Positions 39,046 through 53,629 of a stretch of 64,000 bases of DNA are shown one piece after another. The stretch lies in the NCBI RefSeq assembly GCF_009914755.1, contig NC_060938.1, one strand, 5' to 3'. Source of the DNA: the human T2T-CHM13v2.0 reference genome, Homo sapiens. The stretch's first letter is position 1, and every line of letters starts with the position of its first letter. The notes beneath the pieces are model-generated. The model saw nothing but the letters and a program-made list of their open reading frames with translations. It had not been told where the DNA came from and did no database searches. Made by a program: the position numbers and the translations under genes.

Positions 39046-39846
39046 GTAGGAACTGATGAAACAAAATCCTAGTCAATTTTTCTGACTTTTTTCAATTGCA
39101 TCCGAACTGTCTTCCTTTTTCTTATCATGTTATTCTGATGACGAACCTATCACTTCTTTAATATGGTGCTGTGCTGTTGCTTGTATGATTTCAATAATGG
39201 CCAAGTGGAGCACATATTGCACGTAAATTCCACTTCCATGAAATCGGATCCCAAGATTATGAAATAAAACGAAAAATGGCTTTCAGAATCACACACGAGG
39301 GTTCAAATCCTTGGCCCTACTTGTTCTCAATCATTCAACGACACTTACTGAGCCTACCACGTGTTGGGCACCGAAAAGACGTGGCTGTGCAAGCCTCACC
39401 CACTTCTGTTGTGATGGGGAAAACAGACAACACCTAAGTAAGAAACCTGAGGTGGGAGGCGGAGTCAAGTGCGATGGAGAAAAGTAAACTAGAGCAAAGG
39501 GTGACCCGAGAAGGCTGGCTGAGAAGATGATACTTAAGCAGAGACTGGAAGAGAAGAAAGAGCTCTGAGGAAACACAGAGCTCTGAGGAAAGGCTGTGCT
39601 GGGCAGAGCAAATGTTAAGGTTAAGGTACAGAAATGGAAGTTCCTGCTGGACAGGAGGAAAGAGGTCTGTATGGATGAGTAGACAGAGCAAGAAGGGTGC
39701 ACAGGAGATTAGGTCACCTAAGTAAGTCACCTCCCTGGAGCTTTAGTTTTCAACTAAATAAAGAAAAAACAATAGTGTATAATTTCAGGGTGAGGGGGTG
39801 CTAGTGTAAAGGCTAGAGAAAAACTTTCCAAGAAGCTTATTACATG

Positions 39847-40587
39847 TGTATTAATCCATTCTCACATTGAACGTGGTAATATAAAGAACTACTTGATACT
39901 GGGTAATTTATGAAGAAAAGAGGTTAAGGGCAGGGCGCAGTGGCTCTTGCCTGTAATCCCAGCACTTTGGGAGGCATAGGTGGGTGGATCACCTGAAGTA
40001 AGGAGTTCAAGTCCAGCCTGACCAATATGGCAAAACCCTGTCTCTACTAAAAGTACAAAAATTAGCCAGGCGTGGTGGTGCGTGTCTGTAGTCCCAGCTA
40101 CTTGGGAGCCTGAGATAGCAGAATCGCTTGAACCTGGGAAGCAGAGGTTGCAGTGACCCAAGATCATGCTACTATACTTCAGCCCGGGTGAGAGAGCAAG
40201 ACTCTGTCTCAAAACAAACAAACAAACAAAAAACAAAGAAAAAAGAGAAAAAAAAGAGGTCTCATTGACTCACAGTTCCATAGGCTAACAGGAAGAATGT
40301 TGGGAGGCCTCAGGAAACCTATAATCATGACAGAAGTTGAAGGGGAAGCAAGCGTATCTTTCCATGGCAGAGCAGGAGAGAGAGGAGAGTGAGGCAGGAA
40401 ATGACATACATTTTTAAACCATCAGATCTTATGAGAACTCTATCATGAGACAGCACTAGGGGAATGGTGCTAAACCATTAGAAACCACCCCCATGATCCA
40501 TCACCTCCCACCAGGCCCCACCTTCAACGTGTCAGGATTACAACGCCACATGAGATCCAGGTAGAGACACAGAGCCAAACCATATCA
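39847..40587 (-). mobile_element. MSTA solo LTR interrupted by an Alu
   Basis: tgtattaatccattctcac...gccaaaccatatca; perfect 5-bp TSD ACATG. Confidence 0.9.
39928..40252 (+). mobile_element. AluSx/Sz-like element inside MSTA
   Basis: Dimeric Alu with (CAAA)n/A-rich tail; duplicated aaaagaggt flanks. Confidence 0.92.
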
Positions 40588-40609
40588 ACATGCCTGGATC
40601 GAAATTGGT

Positions 40610-40985
40610 GAGCTTGTTATTCTCCATGTTCACCCCTTTCTCTCCAAGCTTCTGTGCCCAGCTTTATGCCCTGGGAACCTGACCACAATGAGTTACCCCT
40701 TCCAGGCTCCCCTGCAGGGCTGATCAGAGGCTGGGAACAGAGAGGTTGGGGTATTTCCTTCCCACTTCCTTTCCACTTCCTTCCTGCATTGGTGTCGTAT
40801 TTCTGGCAGCAGCTACATTTTCCCAAGAATACAGCCTCCTACAAGAGGTACTTCCTAGATACAGTTCTCCTGGGGTCTTTGGATGCTGTTTTCTTCCCCG
40901 GTCATTCAACTTTATTGAGGGAAATTGCTTTCCGCAGTTGCTTGTCTGTGGGTGCAGCACCATCCCTCTGACCACACCTCTGTAG
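40610..40985. mobile_element. Old ERVL-type LTR (LTR33/LTR16-like)
   Basis: ctgtgcccagctttatgccctggga...gagaggttggggtatttcctt...tgctgttttcttcc motifs. Confidence 0.45.
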
Positions 40986-41039
40986 GTGGTACTGTCATTA
41001 AAGTTTCTTAATTTGAACAATTTGGCAAAAATTCTAACG

Positions 41040-41333
41040 TATGTGTTACCTTACATATATTTTTGTAATGAGAACACTTAAAGTCTACTCTCAGTGATTT
41101 TCAAGCATGAAATAGTTGTTAGGAACTGTACCACATTGTACAACAGATCTGTCTGTCTTTCTTACAAGTATACCCATGACTTCAGTTAGGACCCACCAGG
41201 ATAATCCAAGATTATTTTTTTTTCCTCTGGAAATCCTTAACTTAATCACATCTCATATAAGGTGATATTCTCAGGTTCCAAGGACTAGCATACAGACTTG
41301 TTGGTCCAAGGCTTCACCATGTAACCCACTACA
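41040..41333 (-). mobile_element. Adjacent L1MA/MB 3' fragment (about 41040-41150) and partial MLT1 LTR (about 41151-41333)
   Basis: gagaacacttaaagtctactctcagtgattttcaag...; then ggacccaccaggataatccaagatt...ataaggtgatattctcaggttcc. Confidence 0.65.
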
Positions 41334-43729
41334 CATGCATGCTTTGTTGTCCTATTTTTGATGGCTCTAATATTGCACAACCTGTCTCTCATTTTCTAAC
41401 TTTGGCCTTTGTATCTTTCCTTACATTTTAATCCTTTTTTTTCCCATATGAATCAAGGTGGTAGAATGCCTTTGTCCATTTCTTCTTCAATTTCTTCGAA
41501 GCTGAGCAGCCCCTCCACGTAACCCAAAGAAGAACACTTTTGCTTTGTCCAAATTAGTTTTGACCAGCAATATAAAAGTTACTCAAGCCATTTGCAGAAG
41601 TTTCTGGGGGAAAAAAAGAGCCCGGAGGAAAATTGGTTCAATTTATCTCCTGAAGAGTTAAACACATGGAGGTGGAGGGACTCTGTGACATAAGTTTACG
41701 TTGTTACCTATGAAAAGCAACATATGTTCAACTCACCTTAACAATATTTAATCTTGATCTTTGGTGTGGGCCATATTCATGTAATGTCCTGGAGATTTAT
41801 TTATTAGAACATAAATTTCATCATAATGAAGTGTCACATATTTCATCATCATGAAGAAAGAATTATCCTCAATGTCTGTACTTCTATTTGAAGTACCTAT
41901 CTAATAGTCCTCATTTATTTTCAGCCATACACTGAGAAACCCAGGTGCTATGGTAGGGTGAAAAGAGTAAAATCTGTTTTTTAGCATTTCTCCTGAAAAT
42001 AAGGGAAGCAGTTTAGCTATGAACTTTTCTGGTCCTCAGTTCTCTGTTCAATTAAATGATAAAGAGAGTAGAATCTATCTATCCTTCTCTCAAATAAAAA
42101 GCTTTTATTCCATTCTGACCTCAATTTGAATGCTTTTTCTCAAACTGACAAATGGTGCTTTTCTTGATAAAAATGCTTTTATAAAAGCTCAAAATATTAA
42201 ATTGTACTGATATTGATATTATTAAAAAGCACTACTATCTTCAGGTTAGCATTTGTAAATTACTTTAGCTCTTTTTTAAGAATTCAAAAGAGGCTAAGAA
42301 GGTTGGTTTCCTCTCATTTGGCTTCATTTAGATACCCTACTGTGCAAGGCAGGTGTAAAGAGGCACCACAAAAAGGAAGAGAAAATAAGCCAGATGATCA
42401 ATCAGATTACTGAAGTGTTTGGTTGTTTTGTTTTGTTTTGTTTTTCCTTTAACCTGAAAATCTAGGTGCTAATTACTCTGCAACCTTCCTACTGGTTGCA
42501 CAGGATACTGGGTAAGAAAAGCTTAATACTGTGAGTTCTTTAAAAAAAAAAAAAAGTTATCCATTTGAAAATCTTTTCATGAATTCAGTCTCAGCTCCTC
42601 ATTGAATGTTTTTAAATCTTTCTAATACGGCATCATTTTCTACAAATGCTTTTGAATATATTTTCAACTTTCTTATTTCAGTTTTATTGGTTCATCTGTT
42701 CCCAGTGCCACCTGTTGCAAGAACTGACTGTTACTTCTTCAGTACCCAGAAAATTGTGTTCCTCGTGTAATTTTTAAAAATAGCATTTCTACTAAGTGTT
42801 AAACCTTTAGTCAGACTGCTGGTAGCCTTCTGGGTTGAAGGCACTGTCACGGCAATTTCTCTACAGAAAACAGGTTTTAAACTGAGAAATTCTGAGGTCT
42901 AATCTTGATTTGACTTTTGCTGCAGAAGTAGCAGCCCTAGGGAAGTTATTTCTTCCCTGCATTCCTCTTTTAAAACTGCAATGATTATATCCACCTCTTT
43001 CACACATAAAGTTATTAATAAATCGATTCAGTTATGGATCTACTCAGGTCAGGAAAATGTAGAAGGGATAACATTTATTTTAAATTGTTATTTTACTTGG
43101 CCAACTAGGACTGGCAGATTTTCTCCTTGGGCTGCCAGAGGAGATCTGGGCAGGGGTAGCTGAGCCCTTAAACTGTAGTTCAAACACCCCAAGAGGCCTG
43201 CCTCCCACTCTGGAGAGGCAGCTGTGGCCCTTGGACCAGCCCAAGTGTGCTTATTTAAGATGATCGCTGTTCATTTTCACATGGCTGACAAAATATTTCC
43301 AGAGTCAGGAAAGACATGTGCATTCCTGAGTTGAGTGTATAGGAAATAGAAAAGCTAGTATTAAGGTGGGATTTTTGTGTCATACTTTAAATGTCTTAAA
43401 TTTTCTATGGTGAATTACTGACTTTTCTTATGCAATATTTCTTCTTAGCAGTGGCCTCTGGTTGCCTGTAACATTTCCAGTACCAAGAAAAGTGTCTGAA
43501 ACATAGAAGGCCATAAAAAAATTTCATTCATTTATTACTTATTCATTGACTATGTACCATGCAACAAAGACATTCCTAGGCCCTGGGATACAACAGTCAA
43601 ACAAAAAGTAAAATAAATAAACAAAAAGACCAGAATCTTTATCCCTGCCTGTGTGCGGCTTACATTCCAGTTAGCAGGAGTGTGGGGGAGATATCAAAAG
43701 CTTCTTTTGCTTAATTGGAGGCATTCTGC

Positions 43730-43940
43730 TTGACCTCCAGATTTCCAGCTCTTCCTTGTCAACTTAGGCAAGTTACTCAACCATCCTGTGTCTGTAAAAT
43801 AGAGCTAATAATAGTTTTTAACTCATTGCCTGTGGTAGGATTAAATGAGTAAATACACACATAACTCACATAAAATAATAGCATGGAGAGTACAGCCTGC
43901 CACATACTGAGAGCTCGGAAGTTTCCATTACTATTGTTAT
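43730..43940 (+). mobile_element. MIR SINE
   Basis: cttaggcaagttactcaacc...tctgtaaaatagagctaataatag...ggattaaatgag. Confidence 0.7.
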
Positions 43941-46829
43941 TTTTTTATTTTGAGCTTATCATACATCTGATTTCCTTGTATTGCCTATAAGGTCTTCTAT
44001 CTGCCTTTCTACCAGCTGTGTATACATATTGTGTCAAATATTATAAACTTTGCTTGGAAATCAGTAAAGACAAAAATGTAAAACTGTGTGAATATACAAC
44101 GTTCCTGCTCTCATAAAGTTAATATTCTAATGGCGGACCACAGATAATAAACAAATAGATACACGGCAAGTAATAGTGTTGTAAGGAAAAATAAATTAGG
44201 GTACACCACATAGAAGGTCTTACTTCAGACTGATTAATCAAGAAGACCTCTCCAAGAAGAAGGAACTTAAGAGACCTGAAAGAAATGAAGGAGTTAGTCC
44301 CATGTGCATTTGGGAGCACAGAAGACTTAGAAAAGGGAACAGTAAATTGAAAGACCTCATAGACATGAAAAAAAAACTGAGATTGTTGGACAAGAGCAAG
44401 GAGTCTATTTTCCCAAAGAAAACAAGATCTATTTAGGGAAATTGTAGTGTGAAACTAATTTCTCAAAAGCATTTGTATACTAAGATTAGTGTGTACCTCA
44501 CCAGTAACTGTATAATAAATACTTTTTAGTTATTGCTAAAGTATAATTTGCCAAAAGGTAAAATCATGGCTCCCATGCAAATGCAAAATAAACCCTTATT
44601 AAAGATGTTATTCAACTATTTAATTAGTGACAGAACGAGTAAGATGTTAAGATCGGTTTAAAGAATATTTGTGGATCCAAGTATTTATAGTCAATTTAAT
44701 GAGTCGAAATTAGAATAAGATTGCTGGATTAGATGCAGAATTGATTATTATCCTAATTGTCCTATATTGTATAGGACAGTAAGCCATAACTCTGGGATTA
44801 TTTTTCCTACCAGACAAAAATTTTTTGCACCTCTGCTAGACAAAAATCTGCATGCCAACATGTAACCTCACTAAACTGAGATCTTTAATCAATAGTAAAC
44901 AAGACCTTGGGTAGATCCATTCTCCCACAAAGCACTGAAACAATATGCCACCCACTTTTTGCTTTACTTTAAAGTTTTGAATATTTTTTCTTAACACAAT
45001 TTACCTTTTACATAAATGCTTTTAAAAGAACAATGAGGTATGTGTGCTTGCTTAGTACGTGTTAGTTTCTGTCATCTATACAGATCCAGGAAGTTGAATA
45101 TCCATATTCATGAAACATAGACCAGTCGAGTTCTCTTTCTTCCAAAATAATCCTTCTGTTACAATAATCCCTTTTGTTTTGCTTAAACAAGTTTGAGTCG
45201 GGATTGTTTCTTTTGCTATAAGCACAGTCCTCACTGGTAGCCAATCAGAGCTCAGGGGAACAGCTATTTGAGTTCATTATGTTCCAGTATTTGACCCACT
45301 TCAACTGACTGTTCTTATTAGAAACAATTCACTTCTTATTCCAAAGTCATTACTTTGACCAGTAGCTCTTAATGCATAGAGCTGATTAATTCCAGATAGA
45401 TCCATTCAAACCATGGAGATCCAGTTTCTCACTAAAGAATGTGTATAGGAATTTGTGTAAATTAGGTAAACAGAATGTAAGTGAGCTAAGCTTTTGTATA
45501 TGTCTTAATTCTCAAGATGTAAGAACACTTCCCTTTCCAGATGGTAACATCCGCATTTCTGTTGTTTCCTGGACTTGAATGCAAACATGAGGCATGAGAA
45601 GCACTTCTCAACTTTTACTTGTCGGAGGTCAGAAAGGGTCCGGAGTCTTCAGTGTCTTTTATCATATCACTGAGAACACTTCCTTTCTCCCTGTCTCCTT
45701 TTACTTCATCAGATGCCTGCCTCATAGCTCATTGTCCAGATATCAAAGAGATGAGGATCATAAGGAAACAATTATCCTCTCATGACAAGGGGGTAGTTGG
45801 AAAGCTTTACGCTATTAAAAATGAGGGTATTAACAATTACTCAGTATGAATTGAGATGCCCGTTTATTAATTTCTATCCACCACAAAGACCTATAAGCTT
45901 CTGCAAACTACCTAAATAGAGGATAATAAGCAGTTTTAGCAACACAATAAATTCTATCACCAGAGTAACTCTAACTCCTCTCTTTAGACCCAGCTACTCT
46001 GCAAAACCAAGGGCTAGATTTTCACCCTGCAGCAAAATAGCTGCTCCTGAGGCAACATTATAAACCAGACCTTATTCCTTTGACCAGGCTGCTCTGTGAA
46101 GTCGTTTGCAATCTATTTTCTTTTAATTGGAAACAAATTAGTACTGTCTGGAGAGAACAATATGAACATTGAACCACAACCTTTTGGTAGAGCACACCAC
46201 AAACGGTATTTTTTTTTCACACACCCATTTTAGCTACAATATTTTAGCCTCCTATTATGTTATGTTGCCTCTAGGGTTCCACTATAAGCAAGCCATTAAT
46301 GCTAATGTGAAAATCTTGCAATGTTTGGAATAAATTAAGCACATGTTGTACCCTAATTATTTTACAGGTATTACCGCTTCGCTGGCTAGGTTGTGAGCAG
46401 GAAGCTAACTGCAAACTTTTTTAATCATCTGGTAGACATTAAGCTGAAAGGATCTCTGTCTATGCCCATTGCTTAAACTCTGTTTAGTAAACAGACTGCT
46501 CACAGCTAACTGCTCTGACTTCTCTTTGAAATGAGTATATAAATAAAAGGCCACCACTGCTGTGTATATTTTCATTTGTGAAGCTTCTAACCACAGGGTT
46601 GTGCCATCATTAAATGAGTGGGCTGTGGAAGTGACTGTGCTGAAGATAAATGTCAATTAGTGCTCCTGGGAGAAAAGACGAGTCAACTACCTACTGTCTT
46701 AAAGAACATGCAGCTCAAAGGTTATTTTTAAAAGGAAGTTAGGGTTAGATACGAGATCAAAGCCTTCATTTACTTAAAGCTGAGATCTTTGAGGGATGGA
46801 CCTCAAATCCATTAGACTTATAAGACTAG

Positions 46830-46970
46830 GTCCTTGTTAGATTTTCAGATTCCTAAATGTAATCCTAGTCTCAGCCTTCTGAATCAGAATTACTTGATGT
46901 CAGAACCCAGATTCTGAGTTATTAAGCACCCCTGGGAAATTCTGCTTCACACTAAGCTTTAAAATCACTG
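46830..46970. mobile_element. MER5-like hAT MITE remnant
   Basis: cagattcct...ctgaatcagaat...taagcacccctggg...ttctg...aagctttaaaatcactg. Confidence 0.55.
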
Positions 46971-47090
46971 GGAGATTTCTCTTTCTCACTGCATTCTTCC
47001 TAGATGCACTCCTCTTGGTTATACTTCACTGTCTAGACTTGTCCCTGGAACAAAGTAAAATCTGTATGGTCACATTTAAGACATATGTAT

Positions 47091-47456
47091 TGTCTTTGTC
47101 CATTTTATGCCACTATAATATAATGCTACAGACTGGATAATTAATAATGAACATAAATTTATTTGACTCACAGTTCTGAATGTTGGGAAATCCAACAGCA
47201 TGGTGCCCCAGCGTCTGGTGGATTATTCATATTGTATTCATCATTCCATGGCTAAAGGTGGAAGGAAAAGAGAGGGCAAGAGGGCGTCAAACTCACTTTT
47301 ATGACAAACCCACTCCAATAATAATGACATTAACCCATTCATGAGGGCAGAGTCCTCATGACCTAATCACTTCAAAGTTCCCACATCTCAACACTGTTGC
47401 ACTGTGGATTAAGTTGCTAACATATGAACTTTGGGGGACACATTCAAACCACAGCA
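47091..47456 (-). mobile_element. MSTC/MSTD-like solo LTR
   Basis: tgtctttgtccatttt...cattcatgagggcagagtcctcatgacctaatcac...gggggacacattcaaaccacagca. Confidence 0.85.
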
Positions 47457-48240
47457 ATTACCTCTAAAAGAAATGATGGTTAAGCCAGTTATGTCCGTTA
47501 AGCCATAGAGTTATCAAAGCCAAGTTGGTAAATCATTTAGAAAGAATGTAAAGATTAACCTCACTTATTGGAGAGTAGTCATATTGCCCTACCCAGTAGT
47601 TTGAGTGATTAACATCTTTGGGGGATGTTGGATACAAGAATAGTAATACTTGTGTGATTACAACTTGCTTTGGAAGAATATATCAGAATTCTAAAAGCAT
47701 TATTTGAGTCAGTCTGTGGCATGGTTCAACTTCTTGTCCAGGCCTTGGGAGCCCAGAAGAGAAGAATTCCATGACTGTCAGGAAGTATGCTACACACTAG
47801 CTATTGGTTTTCATCTTTAGAAGCTGTACACCAGGAGCTAAGCATCACTACCTTTAGGATCTAAAAATTCTAAAAAACTCAATTCCTCTTCATTTTGGCC
47901 CAAATTTAAATTTGTGTTGCATCTTTATTATTACAGGCATGACTAGCTCAATACAACTTGCTTAGTTTGTGTGTTAAATTCTCCAAAAAGCACATGTTTT
48001 AAGAGATGTTGTTTAAATGACGACAATAGTTTTTGTTTTATTTTAAAGTCAAAGCATGTGAAACAAATGCAATATATTCTTGAATTATGACAGCGGCGGA
48101 ATTATTTCCCAATTATCACCTATGGTGCGTTTCTTAAAGATTACACATTGCTTGCATTATCTTGCATGATATTTATTACCTAGAAGGACATTTTATTAGA
48201 AGTTTTTGTGATTTTGAACAATACTCTCTTTTGATTTTCT

Positions 48241-48546
<306 letters not shown>

Positions 48547-51029
48547 TCTTTTGATTTTCTGAAGTATTTTCAGATATAAATAAATTGCTCATTTATTTAG
48601 GAATATTAGCTCAACTGGTAGAGTTGCTGATATTGGTTGAAATTTAAGTTTTAAATGCCTAGAAATGTAATATGACAGTGTAATTTTTAGGATATGCATA
48701 AAACATTAAAAAATCCATGACTTATGAGGTAGACAAAGAACCTCATTGAAGGAACCAATTTCTATTTGTGTAAGGTCTAATAAAGCAAAAGAATAAAGGG
48801 CGTAACCGGTTTCTTTTAGAACATAGGGTAAGAAGTTCTATTTAATGTTTCTTTAATTACTTTTGTAGAACAGTTACTAAAAGAAAACCTTTTACGAAAG
48901 ATAAGGATGCTTTTGTTTCTGCTTTCTACAAACAGAAGGGTGTGGACTCCTGTTTGGTGAAGTTGACTTTGGAACTCCTTCTTGGCAATAACTGAAAAGA
49001 CTCTAATCCTCACCAATATGTTTCATATAAACCATGACTATGACTACTAAATAAACAACATCTGTCATCACAGAGATCGTAGAGGTACCTGTGAGTTCTC
49101 TAATCTCAACTTCAGCCTAAATTAGGGAATGCTACATGGGTAAAGGAGAGAGACTTGAACCAGTATTGTCACGTGATTGTCATGAATTAAGCTCACCAAG
49201 AGATTATCATCAAGAATCAAAGAGTTCCATCTCTTTCTGAGAACATAAAAATAAGGTATTTGGATGATGAGATTTTATATATATTTATGAAAATAAGATC
49301 ATCTTAAAAATAATTTGGTCCTAATGATCATTTTATTTTGACAGAAATTCCCTGTTAAAGTTAAAGCATTCTCCTGGAAAAGCAGATCCTTGTCATTAAC
49401 AAGTTTTGAAAATATGAAGAAAGATGAACTACATATAAAATGAGAATGATAGGAAATGCAATTTATTCTTATAGCCACTAAATCGGCTTCACCATGCAGA
49501 AAGATTGTGGTGCCACAGGGGAAAAAAAGAAAAAAGACTCTCAAAAGAAATTACATACTAAATTTCTATGAATCAGCTTGGTCTTATAATTATGAGTGGG
49601 CAGAACTTTCTTTTTTATAAACAGTTTTTCATTGATGCATTGTTCCAATTCAAAAAGAGAAGAGGAAAGAAACCATCAGGAAGTAAAGCTACTACACTAT
49701 TACCCTGAAATTTATTTGTGTTCTTCCTGTGTTGTGATCTCTCTTTACTTGAGGGAGCTCAGGGCTCCAAGTTTCTCGACCCCTGCCTGGTCAGCCTCCG
49801 GAAGGGGAGCTGGCTTTTGTAATGTCGGTGCCAGGTTTTAAAACACTATTTTCTTTCCCACAAGTTGAATAACTACTGGCTCATTGAGTCATATGCCCTC
49901 CAGAAGGCAAACAGGACTTACAAAAGATCTCTCGTTTTCTTTAGTGATGATACATCCTACCTTCCCCAGCTAAGTCAGGTCTAGTCCATGAGCAGAAACT
50001 CTTAGAGCCAGGCTTGCATAGCCACACACACACTTAGCTCACAAATGTCTTTTCTTCCTAACCCTTGCTTTTTGACTCTCAGTTTATTGTTGCTGTCAAA
50101 AGGAGATAAGCATATGTTTGTCAAGATTACTTCCTGAAGAAAGATCCATTTCGGACTCATTAAATAAATCGTGACTTTGACAAAATAGAAGACAAAGATT
50201 ATTTTTGTTTCTTCCTTCCTCCAGAAAGTGGTTTGCATTAGCAGAACAGTTAATAAAACTGCTTTGGTCAAGGTTGTATGTGATTTTTTAAGTCTAATGT
50301 GATTTATATTATAAAGCCACTTCTGTATTACACTTCCTCCCAGTGTCCAGACTTCTCATTATCATTGAATCACAGTACAAACTCCTAACAAGTCTGAAAT
50401 TTAATTAGAAACACGACTGTTTCTTTATGAGCTCTGGGGTCCAGCTCTTTTCTTTTGTATCTGATAGCAGCTGCTATTAGAGTTTAGCCTCTTTGAATTA
50501 TTTCCCAAGTATTTCAATTGTTGGCCCCTAAGTCTGAAACCATCTACCAAAAACATTTTAAGAATCTACTATGCACCTAGAAATGTGTTAGCTGATGAGA
50601 GGAAAAGAATATAAAAGGTTTATTAATTGACCTTGAGAATATTAAATTAAATAGATAAAGCTATTGAGATATTGAATGGGTGGACAATGAGGATTTCCTC
50701 TAAATATAACAGGATCTTGAGACTTTATAAATCCTTTCTGGCTGGGGTAATAAAACATGGATTCACAAAGGCTATGGGATTAAGCTGAATTATGAGATAC
50801 TAGGAATTGAGTGCATGAAATTATAGAGGACAGAAAACAGGATATGAGCCAAGGCCTAACTAAATAAAGTGTACATTAGAGACAGCACCACCGTCCTATG
50901 TAAAAGTCTGCTTGCCTGCAAAGGAAGGTTATAGTGGGGAAGATTAAGAAATCAGTTTGAATAGGCATTGTTGGTATAGTTGATGGTGACTTTAAAAGCC
51001 AGTCAAAATATTTTAGCTCAATGCCTTTC

Positions 51030-51500
51030 TGACAGTTTGGTCTTGTAGGAAGCAGATGTCAAGACAGAAAAATATAAGAAATTTATTGAGACCAATGCTT
51101 CAGAAAGATAAAGAGGAAGAGAGAGCAGGAGTAGCAAAGAAGACCTTTCAACCATTATCGGCCCGACACCTGTGAAAAAAGAGGGGGAAGGAAGGAGGGC
51201 TGGTTAGAAAGAGTCTCTGATGCAGTGCACCTCTGAGAAAATCCCAGGTAGTGTGGGGGAGCTCCAGCACAAAGATTGCTGGTGAAGGGGTCCACCTTAC
51301 ACAGAAATGGCCAGGCTAATGCTGTCACTATGCACAGTCGATGTCTGAGAGCGGCCGAGGAAGGGCATAGCCTCAGCCTCAATAGCTAGGGCAAATCCTG
51401 AAGATACCTGCAACTGCAGGCTCTCAGCTGGGATAATGCCCCTCCCAAAGGCAGTTTCTCTCAGACAGGTCAATCTCAGTAGTGCACTCCATAGACATCA
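51030..51500. mobile_element. Old ERVL-type LTR (LTR40/LTR41-like)
   Basis: ggaagcagatg...gaaatttattg...gacacctgtgaaaaaagagggggaaggaagg...gcagtgcacctctgagaaa. Confidence 0.5.
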
Positions 51501-52189
51501 TCACCCTTAACTGCCTTTGTAAGCATGTCTAATTAAAGAGCCTCTGCACATTGTCTCCAAGTTAATTTCCCAAACACCCAACACACCAGTCTCTCCCTAT
51601 GCACATGATTTTAAGAATGCTCCATGTTCCTTTAGTTCTAGACAGGTCCCTTTGTCCATAGCTTCCAGAGGCCAACTAAAAATTCTGATAAAGAAACTTA
51701 TTGCCTCCAAAATATAAAAATTATAATGTTGGTTTGACATTAACAAATATTGAATTAAATGTCTATTTTAGATTACATTTTTCAACTATATTAAGTGTTA
51801 AATTTAGTATCTCTGAATATATCATTATAATTGAAAATAGTTTAAAGGTTAGATACCCTCCTTCTTTAATGTTTTTCAGAAAATGGACAATGATTAGTAA
51901 GAAGCCAAAATTAACTTTAAGCACTTAGGCTTAGCCGATTAATTCCAAAGTGAAAATTTTACAGCAGAGATGTACGTTTACTGTGGGATGTTGATACATT
52001 TTAATATGTTTTATATAATAAGTGGTGGGGCTTCCAATGTGCCTACAGATTAGAAGATCCTAAAATGACAGTACTTCTGCAAAGATCCTTCTGGGACAGG
52101 TGGGTGGCTGCATGCCATTGTCGCCAGTCATTTTTATTCTCTTTAACTAGAGTAGCTCCTCTTTTATTCATTTTATATATTTGGATCTG

Positions 52190-52619
52190 GGATATGTATT
52201 TATGTAAAATGCACCAAGCACACTGTTTTAGAGACTGAGAACACAGTAATAAATTGTAAAAACAGAAAGGAAAAAAAGAAAAGAAAATTTGTGCCTTCAA
52301 GTAACTTACCTTAGGGGAGAATTACTGGCTACCAATAAATAAGCTAGTATAAGAGATAGTATGTTAGATAGTGATAAGCACAGCTAAGAAACATAGAGCA
52401 AGTAAAGAAAGGAAAGGGAGTAGGCTATTTTAAACAGGAAAGTGAGAGAAGGACTCACTGAAGAAGATGAGAGAGTTCGACAGGGAGGTGTCACAGAGAA
52501 GATCATAAGTTCAGCGTTGGACTTGTTCTGCTGGGATTCCTCATGAATCCAAGTGGAAAGTGGAGATACATGTAAGGTGGTTGAATATACTTGTATGGAG
52601 TTTAGGGCAAGGTTTAGAC
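52190..52619 (-). mobile_element. L2 remnant
   Basis: atgcaccaagcacactg...ggaaagtgagagaaggactcactgaagaag...ggtggttgaatatacttgtatggagtttaggg. Confidence 0.55.
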
Positions 52620-52670
52620 CAGTGGTCTCCAACCCTTTTTCGCACCAGAAACTGGCTTTGTGGAAGAGAA
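52620..52670 (+). mobile_element. MER1 terminal fragment (hAT-Charlie)
   Basis: cagtggtctccaaccctttttcgcaccagaaactggctttgtggaagagaat matches the MER1 terminus. Confidence 0.7.
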
Positions 52671-52954
52671 TGATGTGCACTTCAGTCGTTGTGAATTTTT
52701 AATGAGATAATTTATAAAAATGGTCTAGTCCAATGTCTAATACTCACAGTGGGTATAATGACAGAATGTGGCCAAAGTCACCCCCAAGTCCATGGTGTTT
52801 CTTGTACAAACTATTGGCTCATTTTGTCAGTGGCCAACTAAAAGCCACAGGCATTTTATCATGAATTGTTATAAACTTCTCCCACTTAAAAAACACCATG
52901 TCAGAATGTTCAAAGTCTACCTCACTATCATTTCCTCAAATCAGTTTCTTTCCT

Positions 52955-53474
52955 GGATGATAAAAAGAATAATGCCACCCCCCCACCCCTCGAGACACCC
53001 ATATCCTAATGCCTGGCATCTGTGAGTGTGATATAGTACGTGGCAAAAGGGGAATTGAAATGGCAGATGAAATGCAAGTTGCTGATTAGCTGACCTTAAA
53101 ATAAGAAGATTATCTTGGATCATCTGGGTAGGCCCAGTGTAATCAGACAGATCCTTAAAAGTGGAAGAGAGAGGCAGAAAACAGGAATTTGAGAGACAGC
53201 AGTGTGAGAAGGCCCCAGGCATATGTTGCTGGTTTTGAAGGTAGAGGAGGACAGCCATGAGCCAAGGGAAGCAATCAGTCTCCTGATGTTCAAAGGCAAG
53301 AGGAAGGATTCTTTCTGAGGCCCTCCAGAAGGAGAAAAGCCCCACAGACACGTTATTTTAGCCCACTTAGACCAGGCCAAACTTCTGCCTGCAGAACTGT
53401 AAGAAAAATTTGTGTTGTTTTAGCCCACCAAGTTTGTGGTAATTTGTTAACAGCAGATATAGGAAAGGAATACA
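52955..53474 (+). mobile_element. MLT1D/E-like solo LTR
   Basis: agaataatg...gctgaccttaaaataagaagattatc...aagtttgtggtaatttgtt...aataca. Confidence 0.85.
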
Positions 53475-53629
53475 CCCATGTTCCTATTGATGTTCACTAT
53501 ATGTCCAGAATGCAAGGAACAATTGACAAGGAGGGGGCCCTCTCATCTCCTCTTGTTACTTTCAAACATAATGAGTTTCCTGGGTAGAGCATTCCATTAC
53601 CCACCAAAGCTCCAGAATTTCTAGGCTGG

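Noticed and set aside
48605-48626. tRNA-like A-box (tagctcaactggtagag)
   Set aside because: No B-box, acceptor stem or cloverleaf follows; at most a SINE relic or chance match.
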